DNA from: a virus
Lineage: Duplodnaviria; Heunggongvirae; Uroviricota; Caudoviricetes
Direction: 5' to 3' (one strand)
IMG/VR virus record: IMGVR_UViG_3300046004_001633
Coordinates: 36,792 to 100,791 of that record
DNA length: 64,000 nucleotides
Every line of letters starts with the position of its first letter. The stretch's first letter is position 1. The notes below the pieces were generated by a model. That model was not told the origin of the DNA. It saw nothing but the letters and a program-made list of their open reading frames with translations, and made no database searches. A program made the translations under genes and the position numbers. Below, piece by piece: positions 46,773 through 55,920 of this stretch.

Positions 46773-46990
46773 TTTTCTTTTGTTTTAATTGGTTTTGTAA
46801 AATAACTAATTATAATTTGTACTTGCCAGACACTATAAACTAATGCAAAAAAGCTGGCACCTAATTGCAATATTGAATCGACTTCCCGACTAATAACATA
46901 ATCGAAGAATAGGTTCATAATAAAAACATAAACAATTGTTAATGCTAATACGCCCCATCCCGAAATTTTAAATTTAAAAATGTCTTTCAT
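46769..46990 (-). CDS. small 2-TM membrane protein, cotranslated partner of the SPFH gene
   Basis: 73 aa, two hydrophobic helices, 4-nt overlap with the SPFH start. Confidence 0.4.
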   Translation of the reverse strand: MKDIFKFKISGWGVLALTIVYVFIMNLFFDYVISREVDSILQLGASFFALVYSVWQVQIIISYFTKPIKTKEK

Positions 46991-47036
46991 ATCTTATTTT
47001 TTATATAATATAAGAAATCATTTTGATATATCCAAG
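46991..47036 (-). promoter_or_regulatory. sigma70-like promoter TTGGAT-N17-TATATT
   Basis: Minus strand TTGGAT (47035..47030), 17-nt spacer, TATATT (47012..47007). Confidence 0.5.
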
Positions 47037-47254
47037 AATTCTGGTGGAATTTTATACTCTTTTAAGTAAATATCAATTAGGTCTTTAGTTTTAGCCAAGT
47101 CCTGTTCAAAGGTGCCTTTAAGTCGACATCTTACAATGCGTTTGATTAAATCAAATTCATAACTGTTTAACGCCCACTCATCTGCAAACTTGTAAAGACT
47201 GTCTTTGCCTCGATAATGTGATTGTGTGTTTATTGTGCTCATATTGTTTATCAT
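47018..47254 (-). CDS. hypothetical small protein
   Basis: 78 aa. Confidence 0.35.
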   Translation of the reverse strand: MINNMSTINTQSHYRGKDSLYKFADEWALNSYEFDLIKRIVRCRLKGTFEQDLAKTKDLIDIYLKEYKIPPEFLDISK

Positions 47255-47892
47255 CTATAAATGGACCCAGTAACACCAGGAACCATAGTTTTAATTTCGT
47301 ATGATGAGTATTTTTGTGATAATGGAGTATTGGTTAAAGAAAGAAATCCGCCTACTTTTAAATCACCTGGTAATGTTGTAATTGCGGATCCGTCTAACCA
47401 AATATGGCCAGGTACTTTTAAATTAGCTGGCAATGATGTTATTGCAGATCTCTGGAGATTAATACTTCCACCTACTTTTAAATTGTTTGGCAACGTTGTT
47501 ACCAGCGTGTCTCTCACCCAAAGAGTTCCGCCTACTTTTAAATTAGCTGGTAATGTTGTTATTGGGGTATCGGATAAATTTAAATCTTTACCTACTTGTA
47601 AATTATCTGGTAACGATGTTATCAGAGTACCACTTAAATCTAAAGTTCCGCCTACTTTTAAATTAGCTGGTAATTGTTTTATCCGAGTATTAGCTAAATT
47701 TAAATCTCTACCGACAGTTATACCGGCCGGTAATGATGTTATCTTCGTACCACTTAAATCTAAATCTTTCTTTGTGTTAAAATCTTCTGCCGTAACTGAG
47801 TCCGGTTCGTACATCAGTTTTAATTTCAATGGTACTTGGTATTGCGGTTCCTTCGATTCTATGAATTTGAATAAGTTGAGTATATTTGTCAT
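47251..47892 (-). CDS. leucine-rich-repeat-like protein (eight ~23-aa repeats)
   Basis: Repeats of the form L-x-x-T-x-I-T-S-LP-x-NLKVGG-x-L-x-L. The mirror plus-strand ORF 47261..47899 is a repeat artefact. Confidence 0.6.
   Translation of the reverse strand: MTNILNLFKFIESKEPQYQVPLKLKLMYEPDSVTAEDFNTKKDLDLSGTKITSLPAGITVGRDLNLANTRIKQLPANLKVGGTLDLSGTLITSLPDNLQVGKDLNLSDTPITTLPANLKVGGTLWVRDTLVTTLPNNLKVGGSINLQRSAITSLPANLKVPGHIWLDGSAITTLPGDLKVGGFLSLTNTPLSQKYSSYEIKTMVPGVTGSIYR
47330..47800. repeat. tandem ~69-bp DNA repeats encoding the LRR-like units
   Basis: Recurring ccgcctacttttaaattagctggtaatg... units. Confidence 0.6.
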
Positions 47893-47930
47893 TTGGTAGT
47901 TTCTATATTTCTAAGTTGATTATTTTGTTA

Positions 47931-48566
47931 TTAAATTATAGAGTCGTCATCTTTATCCATATATGAGCTTTCTTCGTAGCTAAATTGATATTTTTCATCA
48001 GAGCCGGGTTTCATGAAAATGAATAAAGGTCCTTTTGTAATATAATCATCATAATGTCTCCGGGTATTTCCTGTTGATGTGCACCATTCTGTTCCAGAAC
48101 CTAATTCACAGGATGCTCCATATAAATCTTTGCGATCCTTTGGTAATTTATACACATCAAATCCATCTACTGATCCTATATGAAATTCCAAGTATTTATT
48201 TGTTTTTGCTACTCCTTTTTGTTGAGATGGATCAGCTTTTTCTTTGTCAGCAAGTTCAACAGATTTTGTTATAAACTTCGATATATCATTCACTGTTTTA
48301 TATTGATTTAAATCTTGAAATGGATATTCTCGTTTCCGGCGGTCAAATACACGAAAATATGTATTGTATTTGTATATATCTTCCGCTTTGATAACTTTAT
48401 CTGCAACTTTTTTAGTTAACCAGGTAGCATATGCCGATTTCCCTCCAGTAGCATCTATAATTTCAGTAAATTCTGAATCTGTTATTTTATTCGAATCAAC
48501 GAATTGTGTTTTTAATTGGTCGAGCGATGCCTCTAGCAATAAGTTAGTTAATGATATTCGTGACAT
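47931..48566 (-). CDS. hypothetical protein
   Basis: 211 aa. Confidence 0.45.
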   Translation of the reverse strand: MSRISLTNLLLEASLDQLKTQFVDSNKITDSEFTEIIDATGGKSAYATWLTKKVADKVIKAEDIYKYNTYFRVFDRRKREYPFQDLNQYKTVNDISKFITKSVELADKEKADPSQQKGVAKTNKYLEFHIGSVDGFDVYKLPKDRKDLYGASCELGSGTEWCTSTGNTRRHYDDYITKGPLFIFMKPGSDEKYQFSYEESSYMDKDDDSII

Positions 48567-48594
48567 TAATTAGCGTCCTTTAATATAAATATGA

Positions 48595-49092
48595 TTATTT
48601 TCTAATTCCTTTACTCATTGTTTTAATCTCAGCAACCGTGTATCCATATAGTGCCAACATTCGAGTGCATGCCGTTTGATCTAACAATTCTGCGTAATCT
48701 GCTGCCTCTGCTTTGCTAACTTGATAATGTTCTGCAATTTGTGCAATCAACTTATCAGAATATGTATCATCTTTTTTGCCTTTTATGTATTTAGCAAATC
48801 CTTTGGATTCTGGAAGAAATTCATAATATAACCGATACGTTTCCTTAGGACGCAATAATCCAATTGTATATGTTTGGAACTCATTAATTAACTCAGTAAA
48901 ATCCATTCTCATTGATAGCCATCGATTTACCATAAACGCACTGAATCGTTTCTGATCAGTTTCTGAATAGCTTGACCATTCTTTCTTTTTATGTGTTACT
49001 CCATCGATAAAATTGAAAATTGTTGCCCCTTGTGTTGCACCCTTTTTTACTGCCATATTATAGTTTATATTTAATTTTCCATTTTTCTTCAA
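48595..49092 (-). CDS. clamp-loader small subunit, T4 gp62-like
   Basis: FSAFMVNRWLS and LIAQIAEHYQVSKAEAADYAELL align with T4 gp62 YSKFMVENALS and LIIKLLAKRYQVNTNDAINYKSIL. Gene order 45-44-62 is conserved. Confidence 0.45.
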   Translation of the reverse strand: MKKNGKLNINYNMAVKKGATQGATIFNFIDGVTHKKKEWSSYSETDQKRFSAFMVNRWLSMRMDFTELINEFQTYTIGLLRPKETYRLYYEFLPESKGFAKYIKGKKDDTYSDKLIAQIAEHYQVSKAEAADYAELLDQTACTRMLALYGYTVAEIKTMSKGIRK

Positions 49093-49270
49093 ACAGCCGG
49101 CCTACTCCAATTTCTACAATTACTGCATTATCTGGAATACCCGGTAGTTTCTTGTCTAGAATATCATCGATACATTTATTTCGAAATGTTTTCATTTTAG
49201 TACGAGCATTGCTTCGATTCGATGTTTTGAAAACAATTGTTATGTTATCTTTATGATATGCTATTGACAT
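49058..49270 (-). CDS. hypothetical small protein
   Basis: 70 aa. Overlaps the gp62-like start by 35 nt. Confidence 0.3.
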   Translation of the reverse strand: MSIAYHKDNITIVFKTSNRSNARTKMKTFRNKCIDDILDKKLPGIPDNAVIVEIGVGRLFEEKWKIKYKL

Positions 49271-49482
49271 TATTTTTTCATTTTAATTGGTTGGAACTCT
49301 TCTGGTATTGCTCCACAGTCATCACATCGGAATACTGGAATTGGAACCATTGTGTCCTTATCTGCGCCTGTTAGCAATCTGCTAACCTTGTTAATCGCCA
49401 TTACTTGACGAAAATACAATCCATCACATTCAGTGCATTGGATAGGTTGCATATCTGTTGGTTTTATATTTGGGTTGTTCAT
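49270..49482 (-). CDS. Zn-ribbon protein
   Basis: CTECDG...CDDCG four-Cys ribbon, 70 aa. Sits where T4 carries regA. Confidence 0.4.
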   Translation of the reverse strand: MNNPNIKPTDMQPIQCTECDGLYFRQVMAINKVSRLLTGADKDTMVPIPVFRCDDCGAIPEEFQPIKMKK

Positions 49483-49483
49483 G

Positions 49484-50485
49484 TTAAATTTCGTTTAATA
49501 GGTTTACAAACATTGCCATTATATTGACTTCTTTATCAACAACTGAGGCATCCTTGAATTGAGATTCTGCAATAATTAGAATTGCTCCCCCAATATGTCC
49601 GGTAGCAAACTCATCTAAGTTGTCATATAAGAATGTATACATTGGAGTAAAGTCTCTAACTTTGCTATCAGCAATCACTTGGCGGATTTTATTGAATGCA
49701 GCTTTCTTATCTTTGCTTGATGTCAATATAGCCAATACTTCAGTCATATAATTAGCTTGAAGTGTACTAGCCTTATCTAATGTCAATTTATTATTAATTA
49801 CGCAGCTTTGAGCTGAATTAAGAGCTCTACGAACATCTGGATATGATGAATTAATAATAGCCGCAACATCTTTGATATCATATGCTACTCCTTTAGATTC
49901 TAACACTGCAACTAATCGTTTTGCTACATCTGTTTTATTAGGGGGAGTAATTGCAAATGTTTGACATCTAGATTGAATTGGATCTATAATCTTTTCAACA
50001 TAATTACATGTTAATATAAATCTAGTTGATTTGCTATAAGTTTCCATCAAGTTACGAAGTGCTGCTTGAGCATTAGGTGTCATGAAGTCGAACTCATCTA
50101 ATATAACAATCTTCCAACGCTTAAATCCTACAGATGATGCAAATCTAGAAATTTTATCTCTAACCACATCTACTGAGTTCTCATCTGATGCGTTTATATA
50201 CATTGTTTGACTGTCTACTGCATTTGATAGTATCTTTGCCAATGTTGTCTTGCCGGTTCCAGCAGATCCGTAAAACAATAGATGAGGTAGCTCGTTATTT
50301 GCAATCCAAATTTTTGCTTTCTCAATCAATGCCTCATTACCGATATAACCATCTAATGTTGAAGGTCTAAATGCTTCAGTCCATAAATCGTGTTCTATAT
50401 TCTCCATATTCTTATTTACCTGTTGATCCGAATCCACCATCTCCTCTGTTAGAATCAGATAATTCATCTGTTTCGCTCCATTCAA
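49484..50485 (-). CDS. clamp-loader large subunit (T4 gp44/RFC-like AAA+ ATPase)
   Basis: WTEAFRP...LLFYGSAGTGKTTLAKIL (Walker A), ILDEFDF (Walker B) and SRC motif. True start is probably the internal Met at ~50407, which removes the overlap with dut. Confidence 0.8.
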   Translation of the reverse strand: MNGAKQMNYLILTEEMVDSDQQVNKNMENIEHDLWTEAFRPSTLDGYIGNEALIEKAKIWIANNELPHLLFYGSAGTGKTTLAKILSNAVDSQTMYINASDENSVDVVRDKISRFASSVGFKRWKIVILDEFDFMTPNAQAALRNLMETYSKSTRFILTCNYVEKIIDPIQSRCQTFAITPPNKTDVAKRLVAVLESKGVAYDIKDVAAIINSSYPDVRRALNSAQSCVINNKLTLDKASTLQANYMTEVLAILTSSKDKKAAFNKIRQVIADSKVRDFTPMYTFLYDNLDEFATGHIGGAILIIAESQFKDASVVDKEVNIMAMFVNLLNEI

Positions 50486-50942
50486 TTTGCGGATACGGTA
50501 CTATTACTAATTGCCCAATTTTATCGCCTACTTCGTATGCAGTTTCTCCACAAAAATAACTTTTCTTGATGCCTGGGTATGCATATGTATATTGCATCTC
50601 TGTATCTTTAAATCTAAATTTAATTTCGCCTCGATATCCACTATCAACAACGCCAACATGATTTGCAAGTATTAATGATGTTTTTGAGATTGATGATCTT
50701 GCAAATATTAATCCTACATGTCCTTCTGGTACTTCTACTGCTATGCCTGTTCCATATTCTACATATGAACCATCATTAGCAATCGTAGCACTAATTGCTA
50801 CCATATCCATTCCAGCATCCCCAGCTTTTGCATAACTAGGGATAACTGCGTTAGGATGTAATTTTTTTATTAGTACTTGCATATTAATTCTGTAATTGAA
50901 CCAACCAGTACGATGAATCAAAATCTGCTCCGGTAAAATCAA
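50412..50942 (-). CDS. dut: dUTP diphosphatase
   Basis: AGDAGMD, GVVDSGYRGEI, GDKIGQLVI and RGDGGFGSTG trimeric dUTPase motifs. Likely start at MQVLIKKL (~50882). Confidence 0.8.
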   Translation of the reverse strand: MILPEQILIHRTGWFNYRINMQVLIKKLHPNAVIPSYAKAGDAGMDMVAISATIANDGSYVEYGTGIAVEVPEGHVGLIFARSSISKTSLILANHVGVVDSGYRGEIKFRFKDTEMQYTYAYPGIKKSYFCGETAYEVGDKIGQLVIVPYPQIEWSETDELSDSNRGDGGFGSTGK

Positions 50943-51594
50943 CTCTTGTTAATCCATCTGGAGAGATATGCATAGTTCCCATATCACCTTTATTAGCAAC
51001 CAATACTTCTTTTAATTTATCTGCTGAGAAACAGATCGGTTCCATATCAGTTACCGGTGTATTGCCAATTTCAAATGAGATGTTATCTGCGTTAATAGTA
51101 GTATAATTAATTATAAATTTAATCACACCATTCTTAACCTGCACTGCAAAATTCTTTGCATCAGGCAATGCATTTTTTGCTTTAATATATTTGTTAATGA
51201 ATTCCTCATTCACATCAATTACAACATGATAATCAGGCTCTGTATTAATTGAAGGAACTGCCGGGATAACTGTGGTATCTGCTAACATGAATGTCAACTT
51301 AGTAGATCCTTCACTGATTTTCATTGCAAAGTTCTTTCCGGCTGCATCTTGCACTTGAATATCAATTTTCTCGCCAACTGCCCCTAACATTTTAGTTAAA
51401 GCACTAGTGTGATTAATACCCAAAGATCCCTTAAGGAATGGAGTCGTTTTCCATTGGATTTTACCTACTACGGTTTGATCCATATCTATCAATTCACAAC
51501 CGATACCAGTTTCATTTTCTTTTAATGTTACAGCTTCACAATTTCCTGCTAGATAGTAGCGATTGATGAATGATAATAATTTTGATTTTTCCAT
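50884..51594 (-). CDS. sliding clamp, T4 gp45-like
   Basis: 236 aa (T4 gp45 is 228 aa). Position directly upstream of the clamp-loader genes. Weak similarity only. Confidence 0.45.
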   Translation of the reverse strand: MEKSKLLSFINRYYLAGNCEAVTLKENETGIGCELIDMDQTVVGKIQWKTTPFLKGSLGINHTSALTKMLGAVGEKIDIQVQDAAGKNFAMKISEGSTKLTFMLADTTVIPAVPSINTEPDYHVVIDVNEEFINKYIKAKNALPDAKNFAVQVKNGVIKFIINYTTINADNISFEIGNTPVTDMEPICFSADKLKEVLVANKGDMGTMHISPDGLTRVDFTGADFDSSYWLVQLQN

Positions 51595-51610
51595 GTTTGT
51601 TAACTTTTAT

Positions 51611-52861
51611 TTAAAATTTAAAAAATTCGTTGAATTTGTGAGCATCAGTGGTAGATATACTATCTCCGCCAAATTTCTTGTATGTTTTCTTGTATGTTTC
51701 ATATACGTGCATTGCGTTGTCTGGATCTGCGAACATATCGTGTAATGATAGGATAACATTGAATAATTCACTTGGTATTGCGGTTTCTAACAATTCTACG
51801 TGACTATCAACTAGCTTATCAACATCCTTTGCCATATTAACATAAAGATGTGTATTATGCACAACCATTCTAGGCATTCCTTCTTGTGAATTGCGACACA
51901 ATCCTTCTGGAGTCTGTCCCCCTAGGTATTCATATGTGAAATCTCTACAAGCTGGGCAATCTATACTGCATGGTACATGTTTTGACTTATCAATTTCAAT
52001 AGTTGATTTACCTTGACGAGCATGCGACTTTCTTCGATATTCAGCATTCTTAGGAAAATACAATTCCGTAAAGGTTTGCGTTTTATAATTAGTTGAATGA
52101 AGATATGTTCCATATACCGGATATTGACCTGGGGAAGAAGAATCTGTGGATAATTGAACTCTACCGCCTGTTAAGTCATTTAATAACTTTTGCAGGGTGG
52201 ATAGAATAAAGAAATCCGATATTTTAGATATTCCTAAAAGGTGAATAAACTCTACATGTTTCTTTTCAAATTCTCGTTCTTGAAGCATTAATGCAATAAC
52301 ATACATAAAGTCTACTAACCGTTTAGGTCCGCCAATACACCAACCATTAAAGGCAAAGTCTTTGAACTTGTGATACCAAGTATTATATTCTTCATTGTAT
52401 GTTCCTTGTATTACATTGAGGAACTTAGTTTTACCACTTTGATGAGTTTCAAACCATTTAAAGTTATCAAAACTAATATCCATTGAATCTTGGAATCGAT
52501 TTTCAAATGTAACCCGTGGTGGAATATCCAAGTTAGCTGCCACATCACTGTTTGCTTCTAACCAATGAAAGATCTTTTCTCGGATAGTTGTATCCCATTT
52601 CAATGCACCAGTTGCAATCTGGAATCCTCCGGAATCACCAAATACCAATACTTCATCATCTAAGCCCATTTGCTGGCGGAAGTCCATCTTCTTGTAATGA
52701 TGCCCTGCGGTGATTAGAAAATACGGGTGTCTCCATTCTTCTGGATATTCCTTTGAGAAGAATCTCATAGTTGTACCGTCTGAGAACTTGGTATCCTTCT
52801 TAAATGCAGATACCATACTCCCGGCTGATAAACTCGGATAGTATATAAACTTTTTACTCAT
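51611..52861 (-). CDS. dpdA: DpdA-like 7-deazaguanine DNA transglycosylase (TGT family)
   Basis: VFGDSGGFQ (TGT catalytic Asp motif) and Zn site CSIDCPACRD...H. Genome also carries folE, queD and queE. Confidence 0.65.
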   Translation of the reverse strand: MSKKFIYYPSLSAGSMVSAFKKDTKFSDGTTMRFFSKEYPEEWRHPYFLITAGHHYKKMDFRQQMGLDDEVLVFGDSGGFQIATGALKWDTTIREKIFHWLEANSDVAANLDIPPRVTFENRFQDSMDISFDNFKWFETHQSGKTKFLNVIQGTYNEEYNTWYHKFKDFAFNGWCIGGPKRLVDFMYVIALMLQEREFEKKHVEFIHLLGISKISDFFILSTLQKLLNDLTGGRVQLSTDSSSPGQYPVYGTYLHSTNYKTQTFTELYFPKNAEYRRKSHARQGKSTIEIDKSKHVPCSIDCPACRDFTYEYLGGQTPEGLCRNSQEGMPRMVVHNTHLYVNMAKDVDKLVDSHVELLETAIPSELFNVILSLHDMFADPDNAMHVYETYKKTYKKFGGDSISTTDAHKFNEFFKF

Positions 52862-54050
52862 TGTAACCTTGTTGTTTTAATAAATACTTGCAATATTCTA
52901 ATTCGTGCCAAACATTAATTTCTTGTTGCATATCATTAGCAATTATATATGCTTCCATTTGTCGACCGTAATCTGCAATTGCTGCAAAGTTATAATCTCG
53001 TGTATATTCTTCATCGCATACCACTGTTAATGTATATACCGCATCTTTTACCGAAAATGGTGTATACATTCGATCTGCCGGAATAAATTCTGGGAATGAT
53101 CTAAAATTTGGAAATACTACATCACATCCGAATGCCGTAGATTCCAATACGGTCCATGATACATAGTCTTGAAGTGAACTATTGAATTGAACTTTAGCAG
53201 TTGCTAATTCATAGTAATATTCTTCTTTTGTTAGATTAGCTAACAATTTAAATCTAGGAACGCGCGCTGCTAATGCCGTCATTGCTTCAATCACACCAGG
53301 AACCATTGATTTAAATGATTTACCGGAAGTTGTCACGTGCCACACATAATCTGGATTATCACTTAAAAATAGCTCAGCTACTTCAAGCATAAAGAACGGA
53401 TTCTTTTCTTTGTCTAGACGACTAGAATATACCACTTTGTTTTGCTTTTTAATCAAACCATGTTGTAATGCATCAGAATAATTAGGCAATTTAGCTAAAG
53501 TCATATCTAAATGCAATGGCAATGACACAACATGAATTGGAGCATTAAATCCAGCTTCTCGTAATTGTTCTTTATGAATAGTAGATCCCACAAATATACC
53601 TGTCATTCGGTTATCTAGTCCCAATTCATAATGACGCATCCATTGACGCATAGGCCAAGTAAAATCATATTCATCAACACTTTGTGCATGAAGCATTGCA
53701 TAAACTTTAACTTGGATACCATATAAATCTAATGCATACCAAATTGCATCCATACCTGGAGTCCAATAATCTTGCAAGAAGATTACATCGCCATCCTTAA
53801 CCTGATCGGTATTGATCATATCTAAGAAATTGCTACACTGACTCATAGCAAATTTACCTCGGCCAACGGCATCTAATACAGCTCCAACTTTAATTTGCTG
53901 GTCTGGATCAAATTCTCCTGGAATATCAATAAATTCTAATTCGCCGGCCGTTTCGTATGGAGCAAATGTTGCTGGCATCCATTCCTTACTCAATTGGTAA
54001 GTATATCGAGCTTTAAGGGGCTCGAGCCCAAAGTAAAATACTTTTCTCAT
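52854..54050 (-). CDS. GT-B-fold glycosyltransferase-like protein adjacent to dpdA
   Basis: YSSRLDKEKNPFFMLEVAELF and ESTAFGCDVVFPN resemble GT4 R/K-pocket and EX7E regions. Function unknown. Confidence 0.35.
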   Translation of the reverse strand: MRKVFYFGLEPLKARYTYQLSKEWMPATFAPYETAGELEFIDIPGEFDPDQQIKVGAVLDAVGRGKFAMSQCSNFLDMINTDQVKDGDVIFLQDYWTPGMDAIWYALDLYGIQVKVYAMLHAQSVDEYDFTWPMRQWMRHYELGLDNRMTGIFVGSTIHKEQLREAGFNAPIHVVSLPLHLDMTLAKLPNYSDALQHGLIKKQNKVVYSSRLDKEKNPFFMLEVAELFLSDNPDYVWHVTTSGKSFKSMVPGVIEAMTALAARVPRFKLLANLTKEEYYYELATAKVQFNSSLQDYVSWTVLESTAFGCDVVFPNFRSFPEFIPADRMYTPFSVKDAVYTLTVVCDEEYTRDYNFAAIADYGRQMEAYIIANDMQQEINVWHELEYCKYLLKQQGYNE

Positions 54051-54051
54051 A

Positions 54052-54414
54052 TTAAAATTCTTTGCTTCTTTTAATTACTGCTCCATTTTCCCAATCTTCC
54101 CAAACTTCTACTTTGTATAAAGCCGGGAATTCTTCTAATAACCATTCTCCGATCATTTCACACGACATTGCATCAAATTCCAAAACACTAGTTAATTCTC
54201 TGGAAAATTGATTTCTAAGCCCTTTTTGAATTTTACGATTCAATAAAATAAATTCTTCATCTCTGTCAGTATGAGTTACTTTAGCATAACAACGAAATCC
54301 AAACATATGACGATGTCTATCTGCGAGGAATGCTACTTCTGGAAATACTTCTTTGGCATCTGGCCAACAATGAAACCCTTCAATACTAAAACTAACTATT
54401 ATACTATATTTCAT
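54052..54414 (-). CDS. PTPS/QueD-like T-fold protein (second paralogue)
   Basis: FHCWPD...ADRHRHMFGF resembles the Cys...H-x-H Zn site of 6-pyruvoyl-tetrahydropterin synthase-like proteins. Confidence 0.35.
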   Translation of the reverse strand: MKYSIIVSFSIEGFHCWPDAKEVFPEVAFLADRHRHMFGFRCYAKVTHTDRDEEFILLNRKIQKGLRNQFSRELTSVLEFDAMSCEMIGEWLLEEFPALYKVEVWEDWENGAVIKRSKEF

Positions 54415-55040
54415 ACTTTATTTATTTTTTTTAGTTGTTGCCTTTTTGTCTGAGCGGCTTGCATTTTAATAATAGTCTCATTTGAAAATATTCTACCCTT
54501 CAAGGTATCAGCTCTTTTTTGATTTGATTCAGCTGTTTGAATTTTTCCTAAATGAGCTTCTCTATTTTTTTGTTTAGATTCCACTGTATGTGATTTGCCT
54601 AACATTGGTGATGGCTTATCTAAATGGGCTTCTCTATTTTTTTGTTTAGATTCCACTGTATGTATTCTTTGTTTACTAGCTTCTCCAATTTTACGTTTAT
54701 GTTCTGCCGATAATTTCCTACTACTCATTTTTTTAGCAAATATACATTTAACACGTTCATATTCTCTCGATGATATTTTATAATTTCGTATCATATTTGC
54801 AGATCCTTGTTTATTACACATTGCCCAATAAGCATAAAATAATTTATCATTATCTGGGTACATTTCAACAAGTAATTTATGTACTATAAAATGTTGTCGA
54901 GCTGTTAGTTTAACTAAATTTTCTTTATCATTAGTACCACCCATACATTTAGGAATAATATGATGTTTTTCGCTATACCCTAATAATTTTTGATTATGGG
55001 CTATAGCAATAATAGAATCATGTATTCTTTGGTAATTCAT
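54411..55040 (-). CDS. HNH homing endonuclease with NUMOD3 repeats
   Basis: HHIIPKCMGGTNDKENLVKLTARQHFIVH HNH core. Tandem HTVESKQKNREAHL-type NUMOD3 units. Confidence 0.7.
   Translation of the reverse strand: MNYQRIHDSIIAIAHNQKLLGYSEKHHIIPKCMGGTNDKENLVKLTARQHFIVHKLLVEMYPDNDKLFYAYWAMCNKQGSANMIRNYKISSREYERVKCIFAKKMSSRKLSAEHKRKIGEASKQRIHTVESKQKNREAHLDKPSPMLGKSHTVESKQKNREAHLGKIQTAESNQKRADTLKGRIFSNETIIKMQAAQTKRQQLKKINKV
54555..54675. repeat. direct ~72-bp DNA repeat encoding NUMOD3 units
   Basis: ttctctatttttttgtttagattccactgtatgt occurs twice, about 72 bp apart. Confidence 0.55.
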
Positions 55041-55438
55041 ATTAAACTATTTGCTATTAATTGTTTGTATTTAGTGGTCGACCAACCATGGTCTCTGTTT
55101 AGATAGTGAATTGGAATATTCAAATCGTCGCCGGTAAATGGCTTATCTATATAATCATCTCCTAGGAATCTTACATCGAGTTTACCTTTTGCTAAAGCCT
55201 CATATAACTCAGCCTCAGTTTGATATAAAAATATAAAATCTACTTGCTTGAGTGATCCTAATATTTTATAACGATCGCTCCAATGTAAAATTGGCTTTAA
55301 TTTTTCAGGTCTTTCAAGACTTGGATCTTCGTGTAGACAAACTATAAGATAATCACAATGCTTTTTACATTCAGTAAACATTGCAATATATCCCGGATGA
55401 ATAACATCAAAGTTACCTGCTATAACGCCACGCTTCAT
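55037..55438 (-). CDS. cytidylyltransferase-like nucleotidyltransferase (HxGH family)
   Basis: GVIAGNFDVIHPGYIAMF matches the G-x-FD-x-x-H-x-G-H motif of glycerol-3-P cytidylyltransferase / RfaE-II / PPAT-type enzymes. Confidence 0.55.
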   Translation of the reverse strand: MKRGVIAGNFDVIHPGYIAMFTECKKHCDYLIVCLHEDPSLERPEKLKPILHWSDRYKILGSLKQVDFIFLYQTEAELYEALAKGKLDVRFLGDDYIDKPFTGDDLNIPIHYLNRDHGWSTTKYKQLIANSLI

Positions 55439-55875
55439 AGTTCTTCATCAAATTTATATGAGTCGGGGGTTGTTTCTTGCATATGCATCTTAGCAATCAT
55501 ATGACAACGATACCAACCAGCATCTATACTCACTGTATCGGTTGCTTTTAGCAGTTGTAATGCGTCATCCTGAATTCTATAAATAATGTGGCATCGATTA
55601 ACCAAATCAGTGGAAATGCCCTTTAAAGTAGCTTTATTGGCTTCTATTGTTACTACTGCGTGTGTGGTATCTAATATTTCGCGGATTGCTTTGAAATGCT
55701 TACTATCTTTAGATTCAATCATGGAAGCGATATACTCAATAGTGAAATAATAATGAGGATATTCGTTAAGATCATCTACATTAATTCCTTCTCCATATTC
55801 TCTAATAAATAGAGTCATCATATCAGTGTAGCGGCCTTCTACTTCTCTTCCGCGCCATTGTTGTTTTCCGTACAT
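55435..55875 (-). CDS. hypothetical protein
   Basis: 146 aa. Confidence 0.45.
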   Translation of the reverse strand: MYGKQQWRGREVEGRYTDMMTLFIREYGEGINVDDLNEYPHYYFTIEYIASMIESKDSKHFKAIREILDTTHAVVTIEANKATLKGISTDLVNRCHIIYRIQDDALQLLKATDTVSIDAGWYRCHMIAKMHMQETTPDSYKFDEEL

Positions 55876-55920
55876 ATAACTTTTTTATTTAATATAATGA
55901 ATTTATTTCTATTATCCAAA
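55876..55920 (-). promoter_or_regulatory. sigma70-like promoter TTGGAT-N17-TATATT
   Basis: Minus strand TTGGAT (55919..55914), 17-nt spacer, TATATT (55896..55891). Between the DNA polymerase stop and the next gene. Confidence 0.5.

Noticed and set aside
47261-47899. 212-aa plus-strand ORF overlapping the LRR gene.
   Set aside because: It mirrors the minus-strand repeat gene. Repetitive DNA keeps the antisense frame open. It has no independent start context or motif.
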